Source: a virus
Lineage: Duplodnaviria; Caudoviricetes
Length of the DNA stretch: 64,000 nucleotides
IMG/VR virus record: IMGVR_UViG_3300006155_000002
Direction: 5' to 3' (one strand)
Under the pieces are notes generated by a model, which was given only the letters and a program-made list of their open reading frames with translations, made no database searches and had not been told where the DNA came from. Position 1 is the stretch's first letter, and every line of letters starts with the position of its first letter. The position numbers and the translations under genes are program-made. This document shows, in pieces, positions 61,087 through 64,000 of the stretch.

Positions 61087-61159
61087 TGGCGGAGATGGGA
61101 CTTGAACCCATGACACGCGGATTTATCGTCCGCTGCTCTACCCTCTGAGCTACTCTGCC
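61087..61159 (-). tRNA. degenerate tRNA (loop CGATAAA, no encoded CCA)
   Basis: Cloverleaf intact but anticodon loop lacks U33; acceptor mismatch. Confidence 0.6.
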
Positions 61160-61618
61160 ATATTTACCCCATGACCAGCCTCCTCCTCGTTTAACGCCGC
61201 CAACCTCTGAATCACGGCGCACTGGTCAAGTTTTAATTCAAAGCCCTTCTGGGCACGGATACGAACGCTTCCTCAAAAGTCGCAACAACCAGGGAATGGG
61301 TGGTGGAGATGGCACACCTGTCACAATCCAGGCGCAAACCCCGATTACAACACACGCCACAGGAATAGGAGAAGTTCTTTCGTGCGTGCATAATGGACGC
61401 GGATTCATACTGGAGCTCAACGCCGCGCTGTTCAAATTTTGTCATCCTTATCACCCTCTCTGATTCAATTTGAATTGAAAACCTATTTCGATCAGACAGA
61501 ACAGCATATGGTTCCATCACCCCACAGCTTATTAGTCCACTTACGGCAATCGGGGGAGTTTAGCCTGTGAACCCGGCAACATGGATAGCTCGAAAACTTC
61601 GGCCCCCATATGCCTGTT

Positions 61619-61676
61619 CCGCCGACCGCCCATCAAGGGCGGTTTCGTCGCAATTTTCAGCGACTCATCAGGGCGG
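61619..61676 (-). ncRNA. hammerhead ribozyme (type I)
   Basis: CCGCC-CTGATGA-GTCGC..GCGAC-GAAA-CCGCCC..GGGCGG-TC-GGCGG. Confidence 0.9.
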
Positions 61677-61682
61677 TTATTG

Positions 61683-62453
61683 TTACTTTTCCAAACCGTA
61701 TTTCAGTTCAAAAGCCGTTTCAAAATCAACGACGGGTTTGAAACCCGTCGCCTTGCAGAAGTCCTCAAAAGGAACCATGATGTAATTGTCGCTGGAGCTG
61801 TCGGTATAGGTGACATCAACTGCGAAACCTCCCTCGACCACATTCATGACATGAAACACGCCATCCCTATATCCACGAATTTTGACCGAACGGATTTCCG
61901 CCTGTTCAGCCAAAACCGCAAAAGAGTTTGCGTACCCCTGGCAAATTGCTTTGCCACTGGAAAGAGAACCCTTTGCAGTTGCCTGCGGAGAACTCAAGGA
62001 AAGCTTTTTACTTGCAGCAGCGTCATCGTAGGAGAGGGTCTGACACAGGTATGCTCCGATTGACTGAGCGGACTTTCCGGCACGAGCACTGAAGCCTTGA
62101 AGCTCGGTTTTGGTGAACTCGTTCTCACCAGAAATCAAAACCAATTTCATTTGCTCGTTGGACTTTCCGCTGTTGACCACAGATCCTTTTACGGTCGGTG
62201 TTGTTGACGAAGCCGAAACCGCATCAACGTACGATTGGACAGCGTTCAAAACCTGGCTCTTTTCCGACTTGCTTGTTCCGTAGGAGGAAACAGAGGCGTT
62301 GCCGTCGTACAGAACCTCGGCGGCAATCTTTGCGGGGTCAGAACTTGCAAAGAAAGCAGGCTCGATCCGCTCCGCCGCAAATGCGGGGGTGATGAAAGCC
62401 ATGAGTGCCAAGAAACCCCCGCACAGAACCGCTTTCATCCTCATGGCTTGCAC
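61683..62453 (-). CDS. secreted transglutaminase-like domain protein
   Basis: Signal peptide; GKAICQGYA, HVMN, DVT triad. Confidence 0.75.
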   Translation of the reverse strand: MQAMRMKAVLCGGFLALMAFITPAFAAERIEPAFFASSDPAKIAAEVLYDGNASVSSYGTSKSEKSQVLNAVQSYVDAVSASSTTPTVKGSVVNSGKSNEQMKLVLISGENEFTKTELQGFSARAGKSAQSIGAYLCQTLSYDDAAASKKLSLSSPQATAKGSLSSGKAICQGYANSFAVLAEQAEIRSVKIRGYRDGVFHVMNVVEGGFAVDVTYTDSSSDNYIMVPFEDFCKATGFKPVVDFETAFELKYGLEK

Positions 62454-62641
62454 CTCTCAGGACGGCGGTTTCTGCTTGCCCTTCTTCTTCCGGGGCGTCG
62501 GCGGGATGTAGTTCGGATGCGCGGAGCAGTACCTGTTGCCACAGTGCTTCTCCTGCCCACACGTCTCCATGCAAGGATTTTTAGCCATAAAAATTCCTCC
62601 GTTCACATTTGATTTGAGAACCTCAGCAGACAGTATTCCAT

Positions 62642-62689
62642 CCGCGGACGGGGGAACCCCGTTTCGCCGTCTACGGCTCATCAGCGCGG
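62642..62689 (-). ncRNA. hammerhead ribozyme (type I)
   Basis: CCGCG-CTGATGA-GCCGT..ACGGC-GAAA-CGGGG..CCCCG-TC-CGCGG. Confidence 0.88.
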
Positions 62690-62875
62690 CTTACTGTTTC
62701 AAAACCGAAACCCCATCGGCGATCTGCCGATAGTAGTTGACCTCATCGAGTTCGACGCAATCATCGAACGTCTTGGCGACCTCTGTTTCGTCCATGTAGC
62801 TGACAAAGGCTTTGCCGTTCTTGATACCGAGCACATAAACTTTTTTCATAGAGAAACTCTCCTGTTTTTTTGGTA

Positions 62876-62914
62876 TAAAAAAATCCTCCAGGGCAAAGCC
62901 TTAGAGGATTTTTT
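62876..62914 (-). terminator. intrinsic terminator
   Basis: AAAAAATCCTC..GAGGATTTTTT hairpin. Confidence 0.65.
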
Positions 62915-62924
62915 ACCTGCCTAT

Positions 62925-63296
62925 TCAGTTGTCGTTAAAAACCCCTTTGACCGTAACTGAAGCCCTTAGACCTCCATTGCTTAGGGGGATAAGCTCGAAG
63001 GTATTGCATTTGCTTAAGGCGTTCCTCAACCGAGAAATCTCATCCCCCTCAAAGTGGATCTCTGGTATCTCGATTGAAACGCTTCCAGAAGCGAAACGCG
63101 GATACAGCTTCAAAGTCGCTTTTGTCCCAATGATTTCAGAAAGCTCATTGTAAACAGACTTCAAAACCTCAAGCCGTTCTGCGTTTACTGCGTTCGTATC
63201 CGCTGAACCATCTTTAACAGCGGCTACGAGCAGGGCTTCGAAAACCTCGCTGAACTGGTACAATTCATCACACTCCCCGCGAAAAGCTAAACCCAT
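62925..63296 (-). CDS. hypothetical protein
   Basis: 123-aa ORF. Confidence 0.6.
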   Translation of the reverse strand: MGLAFRGECDELYQFSEVFEALLVAAVKDGSADTNAVNAERLEVLKSVYNELSEIIGTKATLKLYPRFASGSVSIEIPEIHFEGDEISRLRNALSKCNTFELIPLSNGGLRASVTVKGVFNDN

Positions 63297-63334
63297 TGTA
63301 CCATTGCCTCAATGAATTTGCAATCCGAAACCTT

Positions 63335-63396
63335 GCCCTCTCTGCGTTTACACGGACTTGAGACCGTTTGCAAAACCCTTGCAAGTCGCATTAGGC
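63335..63396 (-). ncRNA. twister ribozyme (type P1)
   Basis: GCC-TAA-TGCG-AC-[P3]-ACGG-TCTCAAGT-CCGT-GTAAA-CGCA-GAGA-GGGC; pseudoknot pairs covary relative to the 60792 copy. Confidence 0.82.
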
Positions 63397-63424
63397 GCGG
63401 AGGCAGAACCTCCGCATTTCCGGT

Positions 63425-64000
63425 TTAAGCGGCGGCGGGAACAGTAGCGGGCTGATCCTTCTTGGCGGTCATCGGTTCCTGCTCGACAACCTTCTCCGCC
63501 TTGTCCTTCTTGGTGCGGGACTTGGAACCATTATTGGTGCGGGACTTGGAACCCTTATCGGCTTTCGCCTTGGAACCCTTCTCCTCATTGGGCTCGGTGG
63601 CGGCGGAACCGTTCCGCTTGTAGTCCACACCGTAAACCCCCTTGGTAACGATGCGGTAGAACACGTCCCCCATCAGGGACAGCAGCATGGTGTGCTTGGA
63701 GCACTGAACCCGCAGCGCGGCCTTGTTGTTGCGCTTGGTGTAGCAGGACATGACGTAACCCAGGTCGTGGCCGTTGACCTTGCCCTCATTGGGGGAAAGC
63801 ATATCCAAAACCTTCTGCATATGCTTAACCACCTGGGTGTCGCTGGTGGGCGTCTTGCCCAGCTCGACCTCACGCGCCAACTTGTCCATGTTGTAGGAAT
63901 CGTTGATGCGCTTCATCTCGGCGGCGGTAACGCCCAGGGACTGGGCAACCCGCAGGGTCAGACGCTTATTCAGCGCCTGAAGCTCGTAGAACCAGCCCAG
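63425..64000 (-). CDS. hypothetical protein, 5' end outside the window
   Basis: Frame open to the window edge; C-terminal GSKS/AK 24-bp repeats. Confidence 0.7.
   Translation of the reverse strand: MGWFYELQALNKRLTLRVAQSLGVTAAEMKRINDSYNMDKLAREVELGKTPTSDTQVVKHMQKVLDMLSPNEGKVNGHDLGYVMSCYTKRNNKAALRVQCSKHTMLLSLMGDVFYRIVTKGVYGVDYKRNGSAATEPNEEKGSKAKADKGSKSRTNNGSKSRTKKDKAEKVVEQEPMTAKKDQPATVPAAA

Noticed and set aside
1-64000. Stop-codon recoding
   Set aside because: Recognisable genes are intact in code 11, and no suppressor tRNA was seen.

Overview
This window looks like 64 kb of a large, probably jumbo-class, Firmicutes (Clostridia-type) phage genome or phage-like element. Genes are dense, short and almost all on the minus strand, and no structural or replication genes are visible. 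Main observation: a retron-type reverse transcriptase (45432-46571) is accompanied by FIVE retron-like msr/msd ncRNA cassettes spread over about 7 kb (39995-46936). Each cassette has its own a1/a2 inverted repeat, an unpaired G opposite G at the stem end, a variable hairpin and a near-invariant hairpin with one compensatory base change, but a different msd (template) region. Directly upstream lies a Ubl/E2-like/JAB/E1 ubiquitin-like conjugation operon preceded by an HDV-like ribozyme. Other RNA elements: a tRNA cluster, a tmRNA with an unusually long tag, several aberrant tRNA-like RNAs, two twister and two hammerhead ribozymes, and a ~450-nt candidate ncRNA closed by a 26-bp stem. Mobile elements: two identical IS110 copies whose bridge-RNA guide matches Shine-Dalgarno sequences. 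Other genes: an extended NAD+ salvage/NARP1-like cassette, four PAPS-reductase-family paralogs (one split at a G9 tract) plus a cysteine desulfurase, three FETNSSSTHS-motif proteins linked to a radical SAM gene, and an acidic C-terminal tail motif shared by at least 7 proteins. All calls are by eye from sequence and motifs; no searches were run.
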